Source: Octopus vulgaris
Lineage: Eukaryota
Assembly (NCBI GenBank): GCA_951406725.2
Contig: OX597816.1
Location: forward strand, 60,698,001 to 60,762,000
Reading direction: 5' to 3'
DNA: 64,000 nucleotides
The translations under genes and the position numbers were made by a program. This document shows positions 1 through 12,481 of this stretch, one piece after another. The notes below the pieces were generated by a model that had not been told where the DNA came from, made no database searches, and saw only the letters and a list, made by a program, of their open reading frames with translations. How positions within the stretch are numbered: position 1 is the first letter of the stretch; every line of letters begins with the position of its first letter.

Positions 1-1923
1 AAATATAATAGATACTAATACCTAATAAATACATGAAGTGGGTTAGCAAAAGATTTCGTCTAATCAGAAACAATTAATTTTTATAAGACATGGTAGATAT
101 TAGAAGACTACCGAATTAGAGACACCTTTTTTGGCGATCCTTCGCATTCCAACCGTCAACTCAAAGGAAAATACAAACAGGAACCTGAATAACGGAATTT
201 AATAGGAATACGATCAACTAGAAATAGTAGTCAAATCACAGCATACCGTCATAAAATAAGGAAGGACACTAACTAACGTCGTGCTGGCTTCTCTACATAG
301 ATGAAAAAGACAGGATAGTCACTAGTGGAATGTGTTTTTGATCATAAGCATGCTCGATCAGGGCTGAGGACAAATCACAAGAATGTTATTAAATTTCCTA
401 AAGAGACACAGTTCTTTGAATATGTATTTTTAATAAGGTTTCTTGCGTATAATATGCAATTGTATAAAATATATATTTAACAAAGGTGTTTGATCCAATA
501 TAGTAGTAATTCCATCAGATTTTTTTATAAGCGACAAAACAAGAAACCCTGCATATGACTCTCGAAAACAATCTGCTACAGTCACAACTTTTGATTAATA
601 TGTATTTTATACAATTACATTTTGATACTTTTAAAAAAATATATCAAATTTACATCTTCGAAACGTAACTGTTTGTTTCTTTGGAAAATATAATGTTGAC
701 TGTGTTTGAATTTTATTTTATTATCCTGTTGTATTTTCTCCGGTTTAGTTACGGATGGAAGAGTGGCTCCTTTTTAAGGACCTCCGTGATTGATGAGAGG
801 AAGGGAGGAAGTTATCTTCAAGCAAAGGCTTGGCTTCAATGCTTTAACGAAATCCAAGAACTAAGTGGTGGTGGTGGTGGTGGTGATAGTAAATCGCATT
901 AAGCCAACCACCTACCTGTAATATGAAGGATTGCCCATTATCCGAGGTGTCCTTCTTTTCTAACACGATAGGATGTAATTTTTTGAAAAATTGGTTGTTA
1001 TTTCTAACAGGTCGAGAGACAACGTACAGGCTTCTTCTGAAATGTCATTTTTAATTTTAAAAATAAAAACGAGAGAAAATAAAGTTAACGGAAAAGGTTA
1101 ACAGTCTTTACTTACCTAAGTATAGTTTTCCTACCCCCCGCGGACACAAAAGCTGAAATAACGGATAAATGACGACAAGAGAAGGGGGGAAATGAACGAC
1201 AAATAAATCAAATCGGATTATTTAACTTACTATTTGACATATATTATACACACATCGGGCTTCGTTTACAATTTAGACACAAGATAGTACAAAGTATAAA
1301 CTATCACTAGCTAAATGGCATATATTTCTGTTCTAAATAGCTTTATCACAAAAGTGTTTACATTTCACCCCACTTAAGTCAACACATCTATTACTTAGTA
1401 AAACTGGTAACGGTGAACTATTAACCACTGTATAGGCGCCGGTTCAGTCCCACTGCATGTCACCTTGGGCAAGTGTCTTCCACTATAACATCGGGCCAAC
1501 CAAAGCCTTGTGAGTGGATTTGATAGATGGAAGCTGTAACAAAAACATCTTTAAATGATTATTCCGGAGCATATTCACCATCTACTTCAATTACTGCTTC
1601 CCATTTGCTTGGCAGACAGTCAGACCATCATTTAAAGATGATTTTGTTAAATATTGCAATTGTTTTTGTTGAATAAAATTTGTTGAAAAAAAGCCACAAT
1701 AATTATGCACCAACCCAACAGTTATAGATAAGGAACATATGCACACACACACACACACAAGCATACAAACTCTCTTTTATGGTTATGGATTATATAAGAT
1801 TATTCTTTAGAATTACTATATAATTAAACATTTTTCAGTAAGAGCTGTGAGTTGGCATTTCATCAGGTGGAATGTGATCAAGTGGTGTTGGATTTCTTTG
1901 AGTTCCCTAAAATATACCCAGTC

Positions 1924-3215
1924 TACAAGAGACGTTCAATAAGTAATGCCCCTGACCCACTTCCCATAGCAGTAGAGCAACGAAATTTGGCACAGTTATT
2001 AGTCTTTTTCTATATAGGAACCACCCAGAGTTACGCATTTCTCCCATCGTTTGATGCAACTCTGGAGACCGTTTTTGTAGAAGATCCCAGCTTGGTCCTC
2101 CAACCACGACGTGACTTCAGAAATCAAGGCTGCATCATCTGGGAAACGCTTTCCTTTCAAAAACAACTTTATGGCTGGGAAGAGGTGAAAATCAGAGGGT
2201 GCAAGGTCAGGAGAGTAGGGGGGATGGGGGAGGAGTTCATAGCCGCATGCCTGTGCTTCTGATCTGGCGACACACGAGTTGTGGACCGGAGCGTTGTTCT
2301 GCAGGAGGAGGATATCTTTGTTGATCTTGCCCCGCCTCTTGATTTTGATAGCTTCTCTTAATTTCCTCAAAAGTGAAGCATAATAGGCTCCTGTAATTGT
2401 GGTACCCTTTGCCAGGAAATCTGTCATCACTACTCCATCCTGGTCCCAGAAGACTGTGAGCATGACCTTGCCAGCGGAGGGCTGCACCCTTGCCTTCTTT
2501 GGAGGAGGTGAGTCACGGTGCTTCCACTGCATTGACTGGGCTTTGGTCTCTGGATCATAGTGATGGACCCAGATTTCATCCTGTGTAATCAGTCTTTTGA
2601 AAAATTTTGACTCATCTTCTTGGCACATCTCCAAATTCATCCTCGAGCACTCGACATGTTCTTGCTTCTGGAAAGGTGTAAGCAACCTGGGAATCCATCT
2701 GGCAGACACCTTTTGCATATGCAAATGGTCATGAATGATAGTTTCCACAGACCCAGTACTAATCTTGACCTCATGGGCTATTTGGCAAATAGTTATGCGT
2801 CGATCTTCCAAATTGGCAGCCTCAACTTGACGGACAGATGCCTCATCAATGGCAGAAGTGGGGCGACCAGATCTGGGAGCTGTTTCCACAGAGTTACAAC
2901 CATGTTTGAATTCACGATGCTAGCATTTTACAAGGTCATATGATGGGACATCATCACCATAAGTTACTTTCATTTTATCAAAAGTCTCCGTGGTGTGCGT
3001 CCTTTCAAATACAAAAACCGGATCACTGCTCGACACTCAACAGGCTCCATTTCACACTTGACTCAGTTCAAACACCTGTAAATCAGAAACCACAATTAGT
3101 TCAGAGCTGTAATTTGCCACTTAATCTATAGAGATATAATTGCACATGCAAAATTTCAGCTAGATCAAACAACTGCAAGTGGGTCAGGAGCATTACTTAT
3201 TGAACGTCCCTCGTA
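1924..3215 (-). mobile_element. Full-length (~1.29 kb) mariner DNA transposon, defective
   Basis: ~37-bp imperfect TIRs: CAAGAGACGTTCAATAAGTAATGCCCCTGACCCACTT at 1926-1962 and its inverse at 3177-3213. Each end is flanked by TA (1924-25, 3214-15), and the TIRs enclose a transposase. Confidence 0.93.
1999..3050 (-). pseudogene. Mariner DD34D transposase pseudogene
   Basis: Motifs WIPRLL, ITQDEIW and YSPDLAPSDF. The second catalytic Asp is replaced (LQNNA instead of xDNA), with 34 residues to the third D. The N-terminus (ATG at 3050, MEPVECRAVIRFL) is separated from the 296-aa ORF by a frameshift and a stop. Confidence 0.9.
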
Positions 3216-3344
3216 TTACTCTCCACCAATCAGCTCATTAGATTCTGAGTGGCACTTATTGTTGTGATGACACAAAAACATTTACAAAAGTAATATCACA
3301 ATAATATACCAACAACAATGATACTGACAATAATAAAAATAATA

Positions 3345-3377
<33 letters not shown>

Positions 3378-3772
3378 CACTTGTTAATCTGAGGGGAGGC
3401 AACATAAGTAGCAATTAAAGGAATATTACAAAATCCACAGAAAGATCAAACACATACATATATTCATATATTCATTTATATCTACAGAACAGATATAAAG
3501 TCTGACGTTTAAAAATATAATATAATAATATATAAATAAATAAACATCATATGAAATATATAAATATATAAGAATCAGTGATGCATACAAAACACATTGA
3601 ATTTACGCTTAAAATCATAAAACAATTGGTAAAAATTTGTTGAATTAAAAATTTGGGATAATAAAACATACAAGGACATATTAAAATGACGTATTAAAAT
3701 TCCAGAGAAAATACAGAAAAGATAAATATACAAAATTACAAAAATGTTCGTCTACGGGCCGTTTCAGAGACG
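3378..3772 (-). mobile_element. AT-rich Penelope-like pLTR fragment carrying the 3' half of a hammerhead motif
   Basis: Reverse complement aligns by eye with 63090-63480. It begins GTCTCTGAAACGGCCCGTAGACG (GAA-stem III-GUA-stem I). Both ends lie near (TA)n tracts. Confidence 0.6.
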
Positions 3773-4356
3773 ATGATGATATATGTATACATATATATAT
3801 ATATATATATATACATATATCATCATCATCATTATCATCATCATCACCATCATTATTTAACTTCCGTTAAATATTGTTCATGCTGGCTTCTTACAGAAAC
3901 CTAGCTTATTGAAGCTCAGATTACCAAATGGAGGGATACAGAAAGTTCAAGGTGGCTACAAGAATCTGGGTTGCTTTTGGTCAAGGAAGGTTATGTGGTA
4001 TTGTTAGAAGTAAGATCAGTGACTCTGGAGACTCCATAAAGTTTGGAATGAAACTCCCAACATCAAATGGACCGTTATCAACAGGACTGCACCTTAGTCA
4101 CTCAGATTTAACACTTGCCACTTTTGCCTCCATGAAAGATTGCACATTCTCCACCAACCAGCAATATCTATCAACAAGAAATATGAACTATCTTATTGCT
4201 GCCATCAGAGGTACACCTTCCTGATGAACTTCAAACCCTACTGGCTGCACCTCATCACTGGTCACCTCACAACCAAGGATAGGGTTCCTAATCACCAATG
4301 CCTATACAGACCTCAGGTCGTGCACATGCAAGCAAACACATAAATACATATATGTA

Positions 4357-4397
<41 letters not shown>

Positions 4398-4469
4398 AAT
4401 TAATTTTACTCTGCTATGTATTGAGTACCTTATTTACTGTGGTTAACCCCGAATCAACCCGGGACCTAC

Positions 4470-4500
<31 letters not shown>

Positions 4501-4600
4501 AAGTTAATCCAAACAAGAAAGCACAAAAAAACACAACAACGCGAGGACGTGGAACAAATATAGTATTATTGGACGCTCAGGAAAGAAGGAAAGAAGGAGG

Positions 4601-4635
4601 GTTTAACATTTCGAGCGGAGCTCTTCGTCGGAAAC
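4601..4635 (-). ncRNA. Minimal type I hammerhead ribozyme-like motif (degenerate, U4C)
   Basis: Minus strand reads GTTT-CCGACGA-A-GAGC(TCC)GCTC-GAA-ATGT-T-AAAC. Stem I is GTTT/AAAC and stem II is GAGC/GCTC. Confidence 0.55.
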
Positions 4636-4688
4636 ATAGGAGAAGGAAAGATCCAGAGAAGGGAAGACAGAGGAAAAAAAAAACGCCA

Positions 4689-4741
<53 letters not shown>

Positions 4742-5849
4742 TTCTCGTCTCTTTCTTTCACACACCCCACACCACCAAACTTCAGTCCAACAATGCTGTT
4801 GCAAGTACACTAGCATACATCTGCCAATCCCACACACATAAATACAATAAGTATGCATGCATATGTATACACACACACACACATATATGTTCTTCCAGAC
4901 AAACTTACGCACATTCATACTTTTACATACAAATACAAGAATGTACATACTCACATTCACAAATCCTCTATATGCAAGCACATCAGCATGTGCATCCTGA
5001 ACATGTTGATGTATGTGAAAGTGGACTAACAAAATACAATCTGTTTTACTACATCAGTAACAGTGGATTTTGTCATTACATGTAACTTCCAGTAGATATT
5101 TGCTAATGACAAAGCCCAAAGAGGCTGATATGCCCACTTAGCTATGTCATCACAACTGCTGGACAATTTTCATCTACTACTGTTATATTACTGTGCTTTT
5201 TAGCTCTACACATCCATAAAAAAAACTATCTCAGGATGAATGCTGCAGTAATTCAGGCTTTCAATGATGCACATGCTTTAAATATGATATATACATTACT
5301 ATTTTAAACTAATATTGCTTCTGTCACACATAACAAATATGAATGGCTGTGTGATAAGTAGCTTGCTTACCAGCCACATGGTTCTGGGTTCAGTCCCACT
5401 GCTGCATGGCACCTTGGGTAAGTGTCTTCTACTATAGCCTCAGGCTGGCCAAAGCCTTATGAGTAGATTTGGTATATATGTGCATGTTGTGTGTGTGTGT
5501 CTGTATGTCTGTGTTTGTCCCCCACCCACCATCACTTGACAACCAATGTTGGTCTATTTACATCTCTGTAATGGCAAAAGAGACTGATAGAATAAGTACT
5601 AGACTTACAAAGAATAAGTCCCATGGTCAATCTGTTTGACTAAAGGTGATGCTCCTGCATGGCCACAGTCAAATGACTGAAACAAATAAAAATAAAAAGA
5701 ATATGTATGTTTGCACATTTATGTACAGGCATAAATTGTTGTGCTAAATACTGTTGTACTATTATATACACTTGCAGCGTGGAAGGTGTTTGTAAGCCAT
5801 TTAAGAAACATACAAAAGCCGTTCGATTCACTTCAACATTTAAATTTAA

Positions 5850-5899
5850 TTTGTCAAAATATTTTCGTCACTAAAATCCGCGACCTGTTCACTGACAAA
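5850..5899 (-). ncRNA. Type I hammerhead motif with G3-C8 core (copy 1)
   Basis: TTTGTCA-GTGAACA-G-GTCGC(GGATTTTA)GTGAC-GAA-AATATT-T-TGACAAA on the minus strand. Confidence 0.65.
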
Positions 5900-5918
5900 A
5901 ATCCGTGCAGCACAGATT

Positions 5919-5968
5919 TTTGACAGTGAACAGGTCGCGGATTTTAGCGATGAAAATATTTTGACAAA
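5919..5968 (+). ncRNA. Type I hammerhead motif with G3-C8 core (copy 2)
   Basis: TTTGACA-GTGAACA-G-GTCGC(GGATTTTA)GCGAT-GAA-AATATT-T-TGACAAA, with one stem I mismatch. Confidence 0.6.
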
Positions 5969-6002
5969 TTAAACTTAAATGTTGAAGTGAATCGCACGGA
6001 TT

Positions 6003-6052
6003 TTTGTCAGTGAACAGGTCGCGGATTTTAGCGACGAAAATATTTTGACAAA
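6003..6052 (+). ncRNA. Type I hammerhead motif with G3-C8 core (copy 3, perfect stems)
   Basis: Stem I TTTGTCA/TGACAAA (7 bp), core GTGAACA, stem II GTCGC/GCGAC, GAA, palindromic stem III AATATT, H17 = T6045. Confidence 0.7.
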
Positions 6053-7166
6053 TTAAACTTAAATGTTGAAGTGAATCGAACGGCTTTTGTGTGTTTCTTA
6101 AATGGCTTACAAACACCTTCCACGCTGCAACTGTTTTCATTCCAGCACACGATCTCAGATCAAATCACTTGCTATGCGAGTACATCTCCGTAATTATATA
6201 CACTTTTTCTTGTAAATCATTCAATCATTCAAGTATGTCTAACATGTATTTTCAGTTACATAGACTGCAGCTAAACACAGGCCTTTATAAAGCATGAGCA
6301 AAATGCTCCCTGTCCAATGGATGATGCTGAGCTGTCAAACATTCAAACCAAATTTTCTCAAAACAACTTGTCCGACCATTCCATAGGCCTGAGAAAAAAA
6401 AAATTAAACCAAATTTAAGACACCAGCAAAAGAAGAAATAAAGATGGACTTTTTTTCTATTCCAAAGAATGCTTTATCGATCACATTCTCACCTGGAATC
6501 GATTTTTGTAATTTTTTCAAGACTTATACACACCCTGATACCCTCAGTATCTACATATCAAATTTGAGCGCAATCGGATGGAGGATGCCCGAGATCCTAG
6601 AAGCCACACACACCCACAGACAAACAGAACGGATTTTATATAAGAGATTACTCGAGTGGATGATTTAAAGAGGCTTGTTGAAAGTGATAATACAACCAAA
6701 TCTTTTAGATGAAGTACAGTAAGAACTGATAAAATAGTTTTTCCAGGCAGTTAACCTCACTTATCTTTTAGTAAGCTGTAAAGTTCAAATATTTTAGTCT
6801 CTGTTCACCATTATGCATCTAGTACATATGTTGTCTTAAGGTGAATGTATGAATTGGATGAACTCTTTAGTAGAAACTAGGTATGTGATAGTATCAGATT
6901 AGATATCTGAGGGCTTTATCCTTTTTCTTTTTTCTTTCACTGGTTTCAGTCACTGGACTGTGGCCATACTAAGGTAATGCTTTCGGGGGTTTTGGTCAAC
7001 TATATCAACCACAATACTTGGTACCAATTTACTTATTTATTCAATCTTGGAGTAGAACAAAAGTAAACTAGACATAGGGGCAGGAGGTGGTTAAGCAACC
7101 TACAAGAAACTAATACAGCAAGGTATTTTTGCAGCATACAGCACTTTGCTATCAAAAGCCAATATA

Positions 7167-7174
7167 TCTATCCG

Positions 7175-7234
<60 letters not shown>

Positions 7235-7389
7235 ACTGCCTGCATCTTTCTCTCTTCCTCACTATACACACACACATATGTATATAAATAAATATATATA
7301 TACACACACACACATACATGCATACAGACAGACATTTATCTATATATCTTTATCTATCTATCTATCTTTATCCACGCATACACACACAC

Positions 7390-7488
<99 letters not shown>
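7167..7488. repeat. (ATCT)n and (AGAT)n microsatellites in opposite orientation
   Basis: (TATC)n at ~7167-7233 and (GATA)n at ~7390-7488. Confidence 0.9.
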
Positions 7489-10400
7489 CAGGCAGAGACA
7501 TATGCCTAATGATACACATACATATATTGATACACACATACATATATATATGTGCACACACACATATACACACATATATATATAATCATACATACACATA
7601 CACACACAAATAACACATATACATACATATACATTCAACATGATTCATCTATCTCATTTCCCACAATGGTCAGTTGCTCAGCCTGAGACCAGCTCCTATA
7701 TCAGAGACTTGTTCACAATATCACACAACAGGATCAAATCCATGACTATGTGTCCTGTGAAGCAAACTCCTTAACCATTCCATTATGCCTGTGCAGTTCA
7801 TGATCAGCAGATTTATGTACAGGTCTTGGATTCTTATTATATCATACATATTACATTTATTTCTGGAATAAAGTAATCGACTTTGTCAGTTAGTGCAATT
7901 TACAAAATAGATACCATTACTTTAAGGGAGGAGTTAACATATCAGCAATTGACTTTTTTCTTCCTCTTCATCGATAAGAGATACAAAAATTTTAATATGT
8001 TGTAGTTTGTCAGTTAAATTGTTAAAGAGCCTTAATCACAATAATTTTTTAAGTTGTCACTGTTGTAGATTTTTAAATCCAACCTAGTTTTAACTAAGCA
8101 GACTTATGATTAAAGATGTTCTAACCATGACTAGCCAACCTTCACTTAAACATCATGTATCCAAGACTACATTTTCCAGAGTGTACTCTCTTTTTAATGA
8201 TATGATTTGAGTGTGATTTGGCTACTACTTTCAACGAGTTGGGTAGCCATGTAGAAGCTCTTTGATAGGCTCTTTAGTAAATGTTATATTTGTTAAAAAT
8301 TTTAACAAAATATAGAAAACTGTTGCTTATCCTATTTCATTAATCATATATGCGCACAATAAAATTATAAATAACACTTTTCAAACATTAATATGGATTT
8401 CCTAAGGTGCTAAACTATATTTTTAAAAATCCATGGAGCACATAGATATTCCTTGCAGTACATCAATGAACCTCAATGTACCATTTGAGAAATACAATGA
8501 TAAACAAAAGCAACAGTTAATTAAGTTTTCATTAAGCCTGCCTTAAATCTAAATTAGCATTTGGTAGTGAATGTTTAGCTCTGGTTTGATGTTGTGAAAA
8601 TACACACAATGGAATTGGACTCAGAATCTATATTTCCCTTCTTTCTTTTTCTTATGGTTTTACCTGGAGGAAAGAACATTACCATGGCTAGAAAGTTCAC
8701 TGTAGTTGACAGCCCTCTTAACACCTACAAGCAAAACCGAAAAGACATGGACAGTGTGTGAATTCAGAGTAAGGATTATTGTGCACAGTAGTGAGTCTGG
8801 AGTCCAAATGGAATGGAATGAACACAATATGAATGACAATACTGGCTCCTGTGCTGGTGGCACATAAGAAGCACCCACTACACTCTCAGAGTGGTTGGCG
8901 TTAGGAAAGGCATCAAGCTGTAGAAACTCTGCCAGATCAGATTGGAACCTGGTGCAGCCTCCTGGCTCTCCAGACCTCAGTCAAACCATCTAACCCATGC
9001 CAGCATGGAAAACGGACGTTAAACGATGATGATGGTGGTGGTGGTGGTGGTGGTGGTGGTGGTGGTGGTGGTGGTGGTGGTGGTGGTGATGATACTATGG
9101 ATATATTTTCTCGGTAAACTTTCCTTGCAGTGAACTTTCTTTATGGCGAATTGATGGCAGTGAACTTACCTATAATCCTTTTAAGAGACACATAGCTTTT
9201 AACAACTGCAGTGAAAGTAAATTCATCTATAAACTCTAGTGCCTCTGAATTGCAATCAACCAAACCAGACTGGGCTCTGAGTCTAATAAAACCAACCTCC
9301 ATAATTTAAGAAGGATGCATCTCTTTGGATGAAGAATTGAGTCAAAAATTTAGTGCAGAGTTTGGAAGTGAAAAGCAATAGGAATGGTGATAAGGAAAAA
9401 AAAAACAGAAGGTAACTGTCTTGGGCAGAGGAGGTTTGTAGTTAGCTAAATAAGAGAAAAGAAGGCCATTGTAACAGATTATTCTTCTGAAGACACTAAA
9501 TGGTCTAAAGGTATTAAGTTGAGTATTGTTTTAGATCTATATCTAACCTCCATATAAAAAAAAAGCATGGTCATTGTATTTAGCCTCAGTTCGATGCCAA
9601 CCTAGAAGAGGCATGATTAAAAGCTTCCAAGTAACAGTTATCTTGTATTTTTAGTGAAGTGAAAAAGACAATATCCACTGTGAGTGATATTTTTCTAAGA
9701 TTTCAGGATGTCTTTTGAGGAATATTTTTCTTTTATTTCAAACAAGTTGAGAGACCATATAACAGATTCTTATATGTTTCAAATGGGCCATAGTATAGCA
9801 CTAACATTACAAAGACTGTCTCATTGGATCAGAGTTCACTCTGCGCTGATGGTTATTTGTAATTGTGAACAACCAGATTTTACAGAAGAGCTGGTTGATA
9901 TTAAAGATTAACATTATTTTCATTTGACTGTCATTCATATGAGACAACTCTAGATATGTTTCGACCTTATTCTGATCTTATTAACAAAGAATTAACTTTC
10001 ATACTATTTACCAAAGTAGTGAAGAAAGACTTACTAAAGAAATGTGCAATATTTTATATTTGTTGATGTAGAAAATTAGAATTATTTTTGCCCGACTTCA
10101 GCAATCTAAAATAGTAAAGGTATTTTACCTCGCATAAAAGTTGTTTAACTGCTGGCTAGCTCTGACCAAACAGAGTTATGGTCAATGGCATTTCAGCTGT
10201 AACCATCTCATTTTAATTTCAGGCAATGTATCTAGGACTACATTATCCAGTTGCCCTACCCTTTTTGAAGACAAAAAGATGAAATACGAGGTACTTTTGG
10301 CTTTCATTTCTAGTATATCAACTGACCACCTTGATCAATAGTTCTTTAACTGACAAATATCAGCCTTCCCCCACCCTGACCACTACCATAAAAAAACATA

Positions 10401-10709
10401 AGTGAAACTTTTTGTCCTTCTCCTAAAATTTTATTAATGAAATGCAACTCTTAATAATTGCTGACACAATTAGTTTCTAAGTAAATTCTTCTTTCTTTCC
10501 AGTAGTGTTTAAAATGATGCTGGACAAACTGAAAAAGATGGGAGTACAATATACATGATTTAATTTGACTAAACATGGTAATTTGTCTGCCCCCTTTTTA
10601 ACTCTCATAGAACCTTTATTCCTTTTCAGAAATATTGACCAAGAGGCAAGCTCTTTCATTGGCTCATATATATTATGATAAATAGCAACATATAATCGAA
10701 ATTAAATTT

Positions 10710-11090
10710 GATGACTGGCATCCGTGCTAGTGGAGTGCTAAGAGCACCATCCGAGCATGATCGTTGTCAGAGCAGCTGACTGGCTTCCATGCTGGTGGCA
10801 TGTAAAAAGCACCTTTCAAGCATGATCATTACCAGCGTCATCTTACTGGCACATGAAAAAACATTTGAGCGAGGTCATTGCCAGTGTCGCTGGACTGGCT
10901 CCTGTGCAGGTGGCATGTAAAAGCACCCACTACACTCTCAGAGTGGTTGGTGTTAGGAAGGGCATCAAGCTGTAGAAACTCTGCCAGATCAGATTGGAGC
11001 CTGGTGCAGCCATCTGGTTCACCAGTCCTCAGTCAAATTGTCCAACCCATGCTAGCATGGAAAGTGGACGTTAAACGATGATGATGATGA
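10710..11090 (+). mobile_element. Dispersed retroposon with (GAT)n tail (RTE-tail-like SINE family)
   Basis: Shared 3' end CCAACCCATGCTAGCATGGAAAxxGGACGTTAAACGATGATGAT. Other copies at ~8845-9030, 16852-17002 and 21960-22197 (+), and at 39204-39690, 48272-48490, 49446-49577 and 62566-62765 (-). Confidence 0.75.
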
Positions 11091-12142
11091 TATATAAGGT
11101 AATTCAGTCGACAAAAAACAGCAGCTTATAACAGAGATGGTACCATGTTACCAAGTCAAACAGTATCAATTTTTTTTAGCCCGAGGTCAGGCTTGATTGA
11201 CCAGACCTATTAACAAAGGCTCAAGTAATGATTGCTCTATATTTTACCAGGCATAACTTGTAGGGCACCAGAACACTGTACACAACAAGCTCATTATTAT
11301 TTCATAATATCTCTAGATCTACTTTATTCAAATGTGGTTCTATTTTTTTTAACAATAGGATGTGCTTTGAGGGAGATCTGGTTACTAAATCTAGCAGGGC
11401 AAGCAGACACTCTGAAAGGCTTTTTGATTCCAGATATTAATTCTTTTCTACCATAGGCACAAGGGCGGAAATTTTGATGGTAAGGGTGACAATTAATCAC
11501 ATCAACTCCAGTACTCAACTGGTACTTGTTTTTTTTGACCCCAAAAGAATGAAAGACAAAGCTGACCTCAGCAGAATTTGAACTCAGAACATAAAGCCAG
11601 AAAAGTATCATTAAGCATTTTGTCCAACGAGCTAACAAGTCTGCGAGATATCATTTGACAGAAGTTTAGCTCTAATTCAGCCCTGATAGTTAAACCTATG
11701 ATCAAAGTATTTTAGTCATCACCATCTGGTCTTATTTTTCGTGAAGAGTGAACCACAAACTGCATTAACCAATGTGCTTTTTGCTCTCCTTTTTTTTTTT
11801 AACATTGTAGTGTGTGAATTGAGAGAGATTTGACTGTTGCTTCTGGAAGATAGAGTAAAAATCGTGTGAAGTTCCTACATAGGCTACAATCATAACTGAT
11901 TCTGTGTAGCCCCAGGGCAGCCTACATCAGTCAAAAGACAATCCATCTGTAACAATTTTTTTTTTTTTCCAGACAGAATATATAGACTAAATTGTCCAAT
12001 GTGTCCTTCACATTTTGAAGACAGAAGGCATGGTGTGAGAGCGATTTAGCGACTATTATTTATACAGAACAAAGTGACCACAAATAAGATTCCAGAGAAG
12101 CGACAATAATTTGACTGAAGAAATGGTTCGGTATTAAACAAA

Positions 12143-12481
12143 AACTTGAACACCTTTTCAAACTCTACCTGTCTAACACCCGTGGACATGTTTACAAAGT
12201 CAGAAAACAGCACAGTTCCCATGACTTTCGGAAACATTTTTTCACGCTAAGAGTTGCTGAAGCATGGAACAAACTGCCAGCATCAGTTGTTAGTTGTCAG
12301 AGCACTGCATCCTTCAAAACTTCCATGCTTCCTGAGATTCGCCAACACTACACACGCAAGCATGTATCTGACTCATACACTGTTCGCTTCCCAGACATTT
12401 GTACATTACTGCATATGCTTTATACGCACTTTTGACAAGTTGTGGGGCACCTGATCACTGTATACAATAATTTTATTATAT
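12143..12481 (+). mobile_element. CR1-group LINE 3' fragment
   Basis: Matches the 3' end of the RT ORF and 3' UTR at 24175-24550. Ends in the family motif GCACCTGAxCACTGTATACAATAAT followed by (TTA)n. Confidence 0.85.

Larger units (their letters stand above)
5761..6205. mobile_element. Penelope-style inverted-repeat insertion with three hammerhead motifs
   Basis: Inverted arms span 5772-6130, with an 84-bp tandem duplication in the right arm. A 13-bp direct repeat ATTATATACACTT at 5761-5773 and 6193-6205 is a likely TSD. Confidence 0.8.

Noticed and set aside
4569-7641. ORFs with YIYI, CVCV or LSIY runs (also at 21-22, 44.5, 46, 53-55 and 62 kb)
   Set aside because: These are translations of microsatellites or SINEs, not proteins.
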